DNA from: Thermodesulfobacteriota bacterium
Lineage (GTDB): Bacteria > Desulfobacterota > Desulfobulbia > Desulfobulbales > SURF-16
Reading direction: 5' to 3'
Assembly (NCBI GenBank): GCA_040755455.1
Contig: JBFMAY010000004.1
Span: forward strand, 60,586-124,585
DNA length: 64,000 nt
Made by a program: the position numbers and the translations under genes. This document shows positions 1 to 9,762 of this stretch, one piece after another. A model generated the notes under the pieces. It saw only the letters and a program-made list of their open reading frames with translations, was not told where the DNA came from and searched no databases. The first letter of the stretch is position 1. The number at the start of each line of letters is the position of its first letter.

Positions 1-987
1 GACACCCTCAGAGCCAGATCCGCCCATCTCAGAAATTACAGCAAGCAGAAGCTGGTTTCCATCGGCGCCAAGTCCCTAGCTGTCGTGACCGCCAACCTTG
101 CCATTCCGGATGATGATTTGCAGATTCACTCGCTCAACATCCTGCAGGACATCGGCGATGAAACATCTGTCATTTCTTTACGCCAGCTGCTTAACAGCTG
201 TCCCAGAAATGCCAACGTGCGTTTTGCCGCATATGAGGCCCTGGCACGGCTGCCGGGTCTCAAAGGTGATTACGTTCTTGCCGCAGGGCTCACCGATCCT
301 GATGCCAATGTCCGGATGGCTGCGACCAGGGCCATTGACGGCAATTTCGATGCGGTTCTGGCCGCCGGCATAAAAAACATGGTGAAAAAACAGGATGGAG
401 AATCCGTGCGGATCATCAAGGCCGTAGTCGACAGTCAATCGGAACATATTTTTCTTTCCCTGCTGGATGTTGATTTCTTCCGGGCCATTATCCTGGACTA
501 TCTTGCCGTCAAGGTCCACCCGGAGACCAGGGAGTTCTATCTGCATCTCCTGAGAAAAGAAAACCACAATGAACTGGCAGGCAAAATTGTCAGCAGGTCG
601 GTGCAGGAGGTTGATATCGGCCAGATGGCAAAGATCTGCGCCGTGGATGACTCCAGGATGATCTTAAATGTGTATCGCAGCGTACTGACCGAACTCGGCT
701 ATGATCCTGTCCTGTTCTCCAATCCCGAGACTGCCCTTAACTGGCTGAAGGAGGAAAAGCCCCTGCTTGTCTGCACGGATTTGAACATGCCGCAATTAAC
801 CGGCATCGAACTTATCCGTCAGCTTCGTCAGTGGTACGGCAAGGATGAGCTTCCCATACTCATGGTAACAACCCAGAATGATCAGCGCGATAGCAATGAA
901 GCCTATGCTGCCGGGGCCAACGCTATCATGAACAAACCTTTTGACGCGGACAAAATGCGCCTCATGATCAATGACGTCATCAGTTAA
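1..987 (+). CDS. HEAT-repeat protein with C-terminal receiver (REC) domain; 5'-partial
   Basis: Frame is open from base 1. HEAT-like repeats (NVRFAAYEAL, DPDANVRMAATRA) precede REC motifs AVDDS, CTDLNMP, VTT and KPF. Confidence 0.8.
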   Translation, partial: DTLRARSAHLRNYSKQKLVSIGAKSLAVVTANLAIPDDDLQIHSLNILQDIGDETSVISLRQLLNSCPRNANVRFAAYEALARLPGLKGDYVLAAGLTDPDANVRMAATRAIDGNFDAVLAAGIKNMVKKQDGESVRIIKAVVDSQSEHIFLSLLDVDFFRAIILDYLAVKVHPETREFYLHLLRKENHNELAGKIVSRSVQEVDIGQMAKICAVDDSRMILNVYRSVLTELGYDPVLFSNPETALNWLKEEKPLLVCTDLNMPQLTGIELIRQLRQWYGKDELPILMVTTQNDQRDSNEAYAAGANAIMNKPFDADKMRLMINDVIS

Positions 988-1003
988 CAGGTCAATAGCC
1001 ATT

Positions 1004-2119
1004 ATGAATGACGCCTTAACCGTTCTTATTATTGATGATGTATTTCTGAACATCATGATCCTGCAAGATCTGTTGAGCAATGAGGGCTATTGCGTCTTAA
1101 CCGCCGCCAGCGGCCCGGAAGGGAGAAAGCTGGCCAGGGAAATAATACCGGATATGATTCTGCTCGATGTGGTGATGCCCGAAGAGGATGGTTTTGAAAC
1201 GTGCAAAAAACTAAAACTTGATCCCGCAACCGCTGACATCCCGATTATTTTCATCTCCACCGCTGACGATACGGAGAGCAAACTGAAGGGTCTGTCCATC
1301 GGCGGCTTGGATTATATCGCCAAACCATTCCAGCCGGCTGAAGTGCTGGCCCGGGTGAAGAACTATTTAAAGCTGCGTTTTTCCTATCTGCGGGTCATCG
1401 AAGAACAGGCCATGCGCCTCCAGCAGGTACAGCAGGCTCAGCAGGCCCTGCTTGTAAAGCCCGAAGAATTACCTGCGGCGAAATTTGCCGTCAACTACCT
1501 GCCCATATTAGAAGCCGGCGGCGATTTTTATGATGTTTTTGAAATCAGCAAGGATCTGACCGGTTATTTCGTCTCGGACATGTCCGGTCATGATATTGGC
1601 GCCTCCTTTACCACCTCGGCCCTCAAGGCCCTGGTAAGGCAAAACTCATCACAGCTCTTTGCTGCCGATGAAACCACACGGATGATCAACAGCGTCCTGA
1701 TGTCGATTTTTGCCGAAGGCCGGCACCTTACCGCGGTTTACCTGCAACTGAACCGCAATCTTGCCAAAATGACCATTGTCAATGCCGGTCACCTGCCGGT
1801 GGTGATTCTCTCCCGCAGCGGTGATGTTCAGTTGATCAAACCAACCGGTGATATCCTCGGCTCTTTTCGCAACGCATTTTTTGAGTGCCGGGAGGTCAAT
1901 GTCAGCGAGGGAGACCGTTTTTTCCTCTTTACCGATGGTCTGATCGAGTCAATGCAACCGCCGAGAACCCGCGAACAAGGCATGGAGCTCCTGATAAAAA
2001 AATGTCTCCAGACAAGAGAGATGCCGCTGCACCGATCCGTGGAAGACATTGTCCGGCATATGCTGTCCGGCTGCAAAAAACCTGACGACGATGTGCTGCT
2101 GATGGGCGTGAGTATTTAA
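1004..2119 (+). CDS. Response regulator fused to PP2C/SpoIIE (RsbU-like) serine phosphatase
   Basis: REC motifs IIDD, LLDVVMP, KPF; PP2C motifs AGGDFY, SDMSGH, FTDGL, DDVLL. ATG at 1004 preferred over 971. Confidence 0.88.
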   Translation: MNDALTVLIIDDVFLNIMILQDLLSNEGYCVLTAASGPEGRKLAREIIPDMILLDVVMPEEDGFETCKKLKLDPATADIPIIFISTADDTESKLKGLSIGGLDYIAKPFQPAEVLARVKNYLKLRFSYLRVIEEQAMRLQQVQQAQQALLVKPEELPAAKFAVNYLPILEAGGDFYDVFEISKDLTGYFVSDMSGHDIGASFTTSALKALVRQNSSQLFAADETTRMINSVLMSIFAEGRHLTAVYLQLNRNLAKMTIVNAGHLPVVILSRSGDVQLIKPTGDILGSFRNAFFECREVNVSEGDRFFLFTDGLIESMQPPRTREQGMELLIKKCLQTREMPLHRSVEDIVRHMLSGCKKPDDDVLLMGVSI

Positions 2120-2120
2120 T

Positions 2121-2537
2121 ATGTATCATCTGGAAGAGTTCGAGCATGGCTTCGACGTGACAATGCCGGCAGCTTTTAACGCGGTGGACACGGTATGTGC
2201 AGCGGTCGAAAAATTCATGCGTGAACACGACATGACAGGCAAGCATATCTATGAAGTGCAGCTCGGCTTACGGGAGGTCATGTCCAATTCGATCATGCAC
2301 GGCTCACTGGGCAACGCCATGCATAACATTTATTTCCGGCTATCTTATGACAAAGGCAATCTCCATATCAGGATACGCGACCAGGGGCCGGGATTTGACT
2401 GGCGGAAAGCCTTGAGTAAACCCGTTACTCCCCTGCAGGAGAACGGCATGGGACTGAAGATTATCCGGCTTTGTTTTGACGTGCTGCGCTTTAATGAAGC
2501 CGGCAATGAAGTGGAACTGATTAAAAAAGTACCATAA
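2121..2537 (+). CDS. RsbW-like anti-sigma factor / serine kinase (HATPase_c_2)
   Basis: EVMSNSIMHG (N box), IRDQGPGF (G1), ENGMGL (G2); 138 aa, between the PP2C and STAS genes. Confidence 0.85.
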   Translation: MYHLEEFEHGFDVTMPAAFNAVDTVCAAVEKFMREHDMTGKHIYEVQLGLREVMSNSIMHGSLGNAMHNIYFRLSYDKGNLHIRIRDQGPGFDWRKALSKPVTPLQENGMGLKIIRLCFDVLRFNEAGNEVELIKKVP

Positions 2538-2588
2538 TAAAAAAGATATTTTGCAAATAGTTCTTTGTCAAAATGGAGGTTAGCAACG

Positions 2589-2891
2589 ATGAGCGAGATA
2601 ACCAGAAAAGAGCAGCGGGCTGTTGTCAAGCCTGACCATAAAAACATCGCGGGACCAGTTGCCCAGGATTTCATGAAGGAGCTGAAGCCTTTGCTCAGTG
2701 AAGGGGTGACCAGGCTTGTCATTGACCTGTCGGCAGTGCAGCTTATTGACTCCATGGGTCTCAGCGTACTGGTCGCCGCCCATAATTCCCTGCAAAAAAT
2801 CGACTCGCAACTGGAGATAACCAATGTATCTGAAAATATTTTGAAACTGATGAAGGAGATGCGTCTTGACCGCCATTTCCTTATTTCATGA
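2589..2891 (+). CDS. STAS-domain anti-anti-sigma factor (RsbV-like)
   Basis: IDLSAVQLIDSMGLSVL contains the phospho-Ser motif; GGAGG SD precedes ATG 2589. Confidence 0.88.
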   Translation: MSEITRKEQRAVVKPDHKNIAGPVAQDFMKELKPLLSEGVTRLVIDLSAVQLIDSMGLSVLVAAHNSLQKIDSQLEITNVSENILKLMKEMRLDRHFLIS

Positions 2892-2979
2892 TTGTCGTTT
2901 TGTGCGCTGCCGCATAGATGGATGACCACTTTCTGCCAACGGTATGTAACCTTACCTAAACCGAACCGGAGACCGCCTT

Positions 2980-5900
2980 ATGTCCGGAATAATGGATGAT
3001 GAAACCTTACGCGTATATGTCCAGGAGTCCCGTGAGCATCTGGAGACAATTGAAACGGACCTGCTGGCCATAGAAAGCCAGGGAAAAGAAATTGATGACG
3101 AGCTCATCAACAAGGTTTTTCGCGCCGCCCATTCCATAAAAGGTGGAGCCAGCTTCCTTTCGCTTGACACCATAAAAGAGCTTGCCCATAAAATTGAAAA
3201 TGTCCTGGATATGATCAGGCATTTGCAACTTATTCCCACCTCCAATGTGGTCAACACCCTGCTCAGCGCCTTTGACCATCTCGGCATGCTTCTCGACAAA
3301 GCGACCGAGAGCAACGATCTGGATATACAGGAACAGATTGCTGCCCTGGAAGGATTAACGTTAAGCAGCCTGGCCCCGGAAGAACAGGAATCGAGCAGGC
3401 GGAAAATCCAGATCGTTCACCCTGCTGTGCCGATAACCTTCACCATCACCGAATTTGACCTCAAGCAGTTTCTGCGGGGCGGCAAGATACTTTATATCCT
3501 CAATTATGATCTGATCAAGCATATTCACCGGCAGAACAAGGTTCCGCTTGATGTCATCAGCCTTCTCAAGGATGTCGGGATTATCATTGATATCAAGTTA
3601 AGTCTAGCTGAGGTGGGGGATCTTGACAGCAAAGAGCTGTGCACCTGTTTTCCCATGTACGTGCTCTTTTCTTCCATCATTGAACCGGATTTGATCAGCT
3701 CGGTCGTCGGACTTCCCGAGAAAAATATCCATGCTGTCAGCGAACAGATGACGACAAAACAGGCAACAGTGGCCCAACCCGCATCCACAGCGGGGCATGC
3801 CGCGCCGGAAAACAGTCAACCTGCTGAAACGCCCTTGCCACAGGAGGATAGTGTTCCTGCTTTCCTCAAAACTCCCCTGCCGAAAAATGGTGACAGGCCC
3901 AAAGCAGCGGCGACATCTCAGCCTGAAACATTACGCGTCCATGTTGAGGTGCTCAATCAACTCATGAACCGGGCCGGCGAACTGGTTCTGGCCCGCAATC
4001 AGCTGCTCCAGGCCCTTTCAACCTGGGAAAAAAAGAACGTTATCACCGCAGGTCAACGTGTGGATCTTGTCACTTCCGAACTGCAGGAGATCATCATGCT
4101 CACCCGCATGCAGCCGGTGGGCAATATTTTCAACAAATTCCCCCGGGTGGTACGGGATATGTCCCACCAGCTCGGCAAAGAAATCGTACTCGAACTTGAA
4201 GGCGGAGAAGTTGAGCTTGACAAGACGATTATCGAAGGGCTGGCTGATCCGTTAACCCATCTTGTTCGCAACTCGGCGGACCACGGCATTGAACTGCCTG
4301 AAATACGCAAAAAAAATGGCAAGCCGCCCACCGGCCGCATTGTCCTGCGCGCCTTTCATGAGTCCGGGCAGGTGATCATTGAGATTGAAGATGACGGCAA
4401 GGGGCTTGATCCGGAGATGATCCTTGCAAACGCATTAAAAAAGAATCTCATCTCGTCTGATCAGTCGGAGGGCATGACGGAGCGCGACAAGATTAATCTG
4501 ATCATGTTGCCGGGTTTCTCAACCGCTGAAAAGGTGACCGAGGTTTCCGGCCGTGGGGTGGGCATGGATGTGGTCAAGACCAATCTTGACAAACTGGGTG
4601 GTCATATCGAGATCAAATCGAACGTTGGCAAGGGCACGATTATCTCCATTAAGCTACCCCTGACCCTGGCCATCATTCCCAGCCTGCTGATTACAAGTTG
4701 CGGCCATCGCTTCGCCCTGCCCCAGGTCAATGTGGGCGAACTGATCCAGATACCTGCCAACGAAATCCGCCATCGCATCGAAAGCATCGGCGGTGCGGAG
4801 GTGCTCATCCTGCGCGGTGATCTGATCCCGCTGCTCAACCTGCACGATGTCCTTTCCCTGCAACCGACCTATTTGGACCGGCAAAGCGGCCAGAAAAAGC
4901 CGGACCGCCGCGCCACCATCATCGACATGCGCCTTGCCGAGAAGGAACCAGATCCACCCCCGGAGAATGGCCGAGAGGCTGGTCAGGAGGAGGATACCCC
5001 GGAAAGGAGGCATCGCCGGGAGAGTGATATCAATATCGTGGTGGTGCAGGCCGGTTCCTTTAAATACGGCCTGGTGGTTGACGCCATGCATGATACGGCG
5101 GAAATCGTGGTCAAGCCCCTTGGCCGCCACTTGAAACATTGCAGAGTCTATGCCGGGGCAACCATCATGGGTGACGGCCATGTCGCCCTGATCCTGGATG
5201 TCCCCGGCCTGGCCCAGACCGCCGATTTGAAACCGATCAGCGAATCAGACCGGGCCGCCTATAAGGAAAGCAAATTCGCCTCCGGCAAGGAAGGGACAAT
5301 AAAGCAGACCCTGCTGCTCTTCCGCAATGGCCAGGAGGAGCAATGCGGCGTGCCGTTGCATCTCGTGCTGCGGGTGGAGCAGATCAAGCAGGATGATATT
5401 GAAATCAAGGGCGGCAAAAAGGTGATCCAGTACCGGGGCGGCACCCTGCCGGTCTTTGCCCTGGAAGAGGCTGCCAATGTGGAGATGCTGGAAGCACGGG
5501 AACAGCTCAATGTCATTATCTTTGTGGTTGCCGGCCGTGAGGTTGGCCTTCTTTCCGTCCCACCCCTTGATATTCTCGATGTCGATCTGGCGGTGGATGA
5601 GATGACCCTGCGCCAGCCCGGTATCCAGGGTTCCGCCATTATCCGCGATCAAACGACCCTGCTGATCGACATCTTCGGACTCATGCAGATCCTCAACCCC
5701 AACTGGTTTGAAGAGAGAAAAGGCTCCGGTTCCCCGGAGCTTCATCAGGAAGAGCAGACCGAGAAGTCCGGTGACGCCTTCATCATTCTCCTGGCTGAGG
5801 ATTCAAACTTTTTCAGGGCCCAGGTGAAGCAGTTCGTCGAGGATGAAGGTTATGTGGTCATGGAAGCCAGGGACGGCGTGGAGGCCTGGGAGTATCTGCA

Positions 5901-6153
5901 GGCCCATCAGGTTGATCTGGTCCTCACTGATATTGAAATGCCGCGCCTGAACGGTTTTGAACTGACGAGACAGATTAAAACCGATGAGCGTTTCGCCCAT
6001 ATTCCCGTTATCGCCCTCACCTCTCTGGCCGGAGAAGAGGATGTGGAAAAAGGCAAAGAGGCGGGGATAGATGATTATCAGATCAAAATTGATAAAGAAA
6101 ATCTGCTGCAGGGTATTTACCGATTTGCCAGAAAGAACAGACAACAAGCATAG
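2980..6153 (+). CDS. cheA: Hybrid chemotaxis histidine kinase CheA (HPt-dimerization-HATPase-CheW-CheW-REC)
   Basis: FRAAHSIKG HPt; HLVRNSADHGIE, DDGKG, SGRGVGMDVV; two CheW-like modules; C-terminal REC (AEDS, LTDIEMP). Confidence 0.95.
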   Translation: MSGIMDDETLRVYVQESREHLETIETDLLAIESQGKEIDDELINKVFRAAHSIKGGASFLSLDTIKELAHKIENVLDMIRHLQLIPTSNVVNTLLSAFDHLGMLLDKATESNDLDIQEQIAALEGLTLSSLAPEEQESSRRKIQIVHPAVPITFTITEFDLKQFLRGGKILYILNYDLIKHIHRQNKVPLDVISLLKDVGIIIDIKLSLAEVGDLDSKELCTCFPMYVLFSSIIEPDLISSVVGLPEKNIHAVSEQMTTKQATVAQPASTAGHAAPENSQPAETPLPQEDSVPAFLKTPLPKNGDRPKAAATSQPETLRVHVEVLNQLMNRAGELVLARNQLLQALSTWEKKNVITAGQRVDLVTSELQEIIMLTRMQPVGNIFNKFPRVVRDMSHQLGKEIVLELEGGEVELDKTIIEGLADPLTHLVRNSADHGIELPEIRKKNGKPPTGRIVLRAFHESGQVIIEIEDDGKGLDPEMILANALKKNLISSDQSEGMTERDKINLIMLPGFSTAEKVTEVSGRGVGMDVVKTNLDKLGGHIEIKSNVGKGTIISIKLPLTLAIIPSLLITSCGHRFALPQVNVGELIQIPANEIRHRIESIGGAEVLILRGDLIPLLNLHDVLSLQPTYLDRQSGQKKPDRRATIIDMRLAEKEPDPPPENGREAGQEEDTPERRHRRESDINIVVVQAGSFKYGLVVDAMHDTAEIVVKPLGRHLKHCRVYAGATIMGDGHVALILDVPGLAQTADLKPISESDRAAYKESKFASGKEGTIKQTLLLFRNGQEEQCGVPLHLVLRVEQIKQDDIEIKGGKKVIQYRGGTLPVFALEEAANVEMLEAREQLNVIIFVVAGREVGLLSVPPLDILDVDLAVDEMTLRQPGIQGSAIIRDQTTLLIDIFGLMQILNPNWFEERKGSGSPELHQEEQTEKSGDAFIILLAEDSNFFRAQVKQFVEDEGYVVMEARDGVEAWEYLQAHQVDLVLTDIEMPRLNGFELTRQIKTDERFAHIPVIALTSLAGEEDVEKGKEAGIDDYQIKIDKENLLQGIYRFARKNRQQA

Positions 6154-6178
6154 ATTTTAACAAGCAAAGGAGATTGGC

Positions 6179-8164
6179 ATGTTTAAAAACTTAAAACTCG
6201 GGACAAAATTAATCGGTTCGTTTGTGGCCATTCTTATCTTGACTGCGGCAATTTCATTTGTCGGCTATTCTGGCATGGCAAAGGTGGTGTCCAGAGTCGA
6301 AAAAAGCGATGATGTGGCCGCTATCGTCAAAATGATCGGCGAGGTCAGGCAGCAGGAAAAGAACTTCATCATCCGCAAGGACAAGTCCTATGTGGACAAG
6401 GTCCATGAATTGGTGGCGGAAGTCGCCAAACAGGCTAGTGCGACCAAGGATAAATTCATGCAGAAGGCGAACAGGGACCAGATGGATGAGATCATCAACC
6501 AGGGCAAGGAGTACAGCAAGGCCTTTGATCACTACGTGGAACTAACCAATAAAAAAGATGCAACCATGGAGGCAATGCGGACCAATGCACGTGAAGCCCT
6601 GAAACTGACGGAAGACATCCGGGCCGACCTGAAAAAACAACTGGAAGAGGTAATAAAATCCGACGCTTCACATGAACAGGTTAATGACAGAATCACCAAG
6701 GCCGATGACGCCAACCGTTTAATCAAATGGTTCCTGGATGTACGCAAGAATGAAAAAGAGTTCATTATCTCCGGGGATGAGAAATATCTGGATGCGGTCA
6801 AGGACAATATCGGCAAGATCCTCAACCTGGCAGCTGATCTCAAATCTCGCCTCATTAATCCCACTAACATCCAGGCCTCTGAAGCAATTATCGCGGCAAT
6901 CAAGGAATATGACCTGCAATTCAGCAAGTTCATCGCTTTTACCGAAGAGCAGAAAAAGGCTGATGAACTGATGGTTGCAGCAGCCAGAGAGGCCCAGAAG
7001 GTCTGCGCCGATGCCCGTGACGACCAGAAGGCCAAGATGGCGGCGGAAATCGGCAAGTCCAATACCACCATGATCACCTTCAGCCTCATTGCCATTGCCG
7101 CCGGCCTGGGCCTGGCTTTTCTCATCACCCGCAGTATAACCACCCGGCTTGGCAAGGCGGTTGATGTACTTAAAGAAATGAGCAAGGGCAACATCGGCAA
7201 CCGCCTGAAAATGGACAGCACTGATGAGATCGGCCAGATGGCGGCAGCCATGGATGCCATGGCCGGAAATCTCACGGAAATGATCAAGGAAATTGATCAC
7301 GGCGTGGCCACCTTAAGTTCCTCATCCACGGAAATGGCTGCCATTGCCGATCAGATGGCTTCAGGGGCGGAAACAACCGTTGCCAAGTCAAACACCGTGG
7401 CGGCCGCGGCCGAAGAGATGAACTCCAACATGACTTCCGTGGCCGCCGCCATGGAGCAGGCCACCACCAACATCAGCACGGTCGCCTCAGGAACCGAGGA
7501 GATGAGCGCCAGTATCGCGGATATTGCCCAGAACACCTCCCGTGCCAAGGGAAGCACCAGTAAAGCGGTGGAGCGCTCTGACAAAGCTTCCAGCCAGGTG
7601 AATGAACTGGGCCGCGCAGCCGAAGAAATCGAAGTGGTTACCGAGACGATCAAGGCAATTTCCGACAAGACCAATCTTCTCGCCTTGAACGCCACCATTG
7701 AGGCAGCCCGGGCCGGGGAGGCTGGCAAGGGTTTCGCCGTGGTGGCCAATGAGATCAAAGACCTGGCCCAGCAGACGGCGGACGCAACCGGTGATATCGC
7801 CAAGAAGCTGCAGGGCATTCAGCAGTCAACCGGCATGACGGTAAGTGAAATCAGGGAGGTTTCCGAGGCAATTAAACAGGTTGATGAAATTGTCAGCGCC
7901 ATTGCCGCGGCCGTTGAGCAGCAGAATTCGGCCAGCAAGGAGATATCCGAGAATGTGGGACAGGCCTCAATGGGGTTGAAAGAGATCAATGAGAATGTCA
8001 CCCAGACCACCCAAGCGGCCGGAGAAGTGACCAAGGAGATAAGCGAAGTTAATGAATCCGCTAACGAAATGAGCAACTCCAGCGCCCAGATCCAACAGAG
8101 CGCGGGTGAGCTCAGCAAATTGTCCGAGCAGCTCAAGCTGATGGTGAGCAAGTTCAAACTGTAA
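6179..8164 (+). CDS. Methyl-accepting chemotaxis protein with duplicated helical (HBM-like) periplasmic sensor and HAMP
   Basis: Two TM segments; internal repeat [10 protein letters not shown] / [10 protein letters not shown]; signalling hairpin [28 protein letters not shown]. Confidence 0.95.
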   Translation: MFKNLKLGTKLIGSFVAILILTAAISFVGYSGMAKVVSRVEKSDDVAAIVKMIGEVRQQEKNFIIRKDKSYVDKVHELVAEVAKQASATKDKFMQKANRDQMDEIINQGKEYSKAFDHYVELTNKKDATMEAMRTNAREALKLTEDIRADLKKQLEEVIKSDASHEQVNDRITKADDANRLIKWFLDVRKNEKEFIISGDEKYLDAVKDNIGKILNLAADLKSRLINPTNIQASEAIIAAIKEYDLQFSKFIAFTEEQKKADELMVAAAREAQKVCADARDDQKAKMAAEIGKSNTTMITFSLIAIAAGLGLAFLITRSITTRLGKAVDVLKEMSKGNIGNRLKMDSTDEIGQMAAAMDAMAGNLTEMIKEIDHGVATLSSSSTEMAAIADQMASGAETTVAKSNTVAAAAEEMNSNMTSVAAAMEQATTNISTVASGTEEMSASIADIAQNTSRAKGSTSKAVERSDKASSQVNELGRAAEEIEVVTETIKAISDKTNLLALNATIEAARAGEAGKGFAVVANEIKDLAQQTADATGDIAKKLQGIQQSTGMTVSEIREVSEAIKQVDEIVSAIAAAVEQQNSASKEISENVGQASMGLKEINENVTQTTQAAGEVTKEISEVNESANEMSNSSAQIQQSAGELSKLSEQLKLMVSKFKL

Positions 8165-8176
8165 AAGGAGGGCATT

Positions 8177-8641
8177 GTGAGCCAGGCCAGTCCGAAAAAC
8201 AAAACCGATGAGGAAGAATTGCTCCAGATCTCCTGCTTCTATCTTGATAAGACCCTCTTCGGGGTTGATATCAATCTGGTGCAGGAGATTAACGAGGTGG
8301 TGAATATCACCCAGGTTCCTCTTTCCCCTGATTATGTACTGGGCATTATGAACCTGCGAGGACAAATCGTCACCGTCATCGACCAATGCAGGAAATTAGG
8401 CTTTAAGCCGTCCGGCATACGGGACAACAGCCGGGTGATCATTGTAAAATCCCAGTCTGAATGCATTGGCTTGCTGGTGGATAAAATTACGGAGGTCATC
8501 ACCGTCAACAGGAACAGAATCTCCACTCCGCCTTCCAATATCAAAGGAGTACAGGGGAGATTCTTCCAGGGGGTTATCCAGACGGACAGGCAGGAACTCC
8601 TGGCCCTGCTGGATGTGGAGACAGTGCTTGAAGATGAGTAA
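8177..8641 (+). CDS. cheW: Chemotaxis coupling protein CheW
   Basis: VQEI, GIMNLRGQIV, GLLVD motifs; GTG start after AGGAGG. Confidence 0.92.
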   Translation: MSQASPKNKTDEEELLQISCFYLDKTLFGVDINLVQEINEVVNITQVPLSPDYVLGIMNLRGQIVTVIDQCRKLGFKPSGIRDNSRVIIVKSQSECIGLLVDKITEVITVNRNRISTPPSNIKGVQGRFFQGVIQTDRQELLALLDVETVLEDE

Positions 8642-8656
8642 CAGCTGGACGTCACG

Positions 8657-9748
8657 ATGAAAATCAAGGTGCTGATCATTGATGATACCATCTTTTACCG
8701 GAAAATCATCAGTGATGTCCTGGCCGGCTTCCCCAATGTCGAGGTGGTGGGCAGCGCCAATAATGGCGAAATTGCCCTGGCACGTATCAGATCCCTGCAT
8801 CCGGATCTTGTCACCCTTGATGTTGAGATGCCGGTAAAAAATGGCCTGGAGGTATTGCATGATATTCTGCGGGAGAACCTCAATGTCGACTGTCTCATGG
8901 TGAGTTCGAAAACGGAACGAGGCGGAGAAATCACCATGGAGGCGCTGGAACTCGGGGCTTTTGACTTTATCACCAAGCCTGACAGCGCTTCACCAGAGAT
9001 CAATCTGGCAATCCTCTCCAAGGAATTCGGCAGAGTACTCACCTCATTTTCCCGGCGCCTGGAGATGAGGAAAAAACTTGGAACAAAAGGGCCGGCCGGA
9101 AGATCGCCGGCCAAGGCGAACATTGCCGTCCAACCGGCGGAAATAAAACGCTTCATGAGTCAGGCGAAACGCCATGAAAAATCCCAGGCCGTGGCCATCG
9201 GCATTTCCACCGGCGGTCCCAACGCCCTGACCCGAATGCTGCCCCGCCTGCCTGCCGATATTGGCGTCCCGCTCTTTCTGGTCCAGCACATGCCATCCTT
9301 TTTTACAAGCGCCCTGGCCAAAAATCTGAACGGAAAATGCCCGCTCCTGGTGAAAGAAGCGGAAAATGGAGAAACGGTGCATGAAAATACGGTCTATATC
9401 GCCCCGGGCGGCAAGCACATGAAGGTGGCGAGCAGCTCTGACCTGCAAAAAATCATCCGGATAACGGATGATGCTCCGGAAAATAACTGCAAACCGGCAG
9501 TCGATTATCTTTTTCGCTCCATGGCCAGGGAATACGGTTCCAAGGCAACCTGCGTGATCATGACAGGCATGGGAAGCGACGGCAAGCTGGGATGTACGGT
9601 GACAAAGGCAAGCGGAGCCGTGATCATTGCCCAGGACGAAGCTTCCTCAGTGGTGTACGGCATGCCCAAGGCAATCGTTGATGCCGGACTGGCCGACATC
9701 ATCGCCCCTTTGGATAAAATCGCCGATGAAATTCTGGCAACGGTGTAA
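8657..9748 (+). CDS. cheB: Chemotaxis methylesterase CheB (REC + methylesterase)
   Basis: REC TLDVEMP; catalytic motifs GISTGGP, VQHMP, MTGMGSDG, VVYGMP. Confidence 0.95.
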   Translation: MKIKVLIIDDTIFYRKIISDVLAGFPNVEVVGSANNGEIALARIRSLHPDLVTLDVEMPVKNGLEVLHDILRENLNVDCLMVSSKTERGGEITMEALELGAFDFITKPDSASPEINLAILSKEFGRVLTSFSRRLEMRKKLGTKGPAGRSPAKANIAVQPAEIKRFMSQAKRHEKSQAVAIGISTGGPNALTRMLPRLPADIGVPLFLVQHMPSFFTSALAKNLNGKCPLLVKEAENGETVHENTVYIAPGGKHMKVASSSDLQKIIRITDDAPENNCKPAVDYLFRSMAREYGSKATCVIMTGMGSDGKLGCTVTKASGAVIIAQDEASSVVYGMPKAIVDAGLADIIAPLDKIADEILATV

Positions 9749-9762
9749 GACGCCATGCAGGC

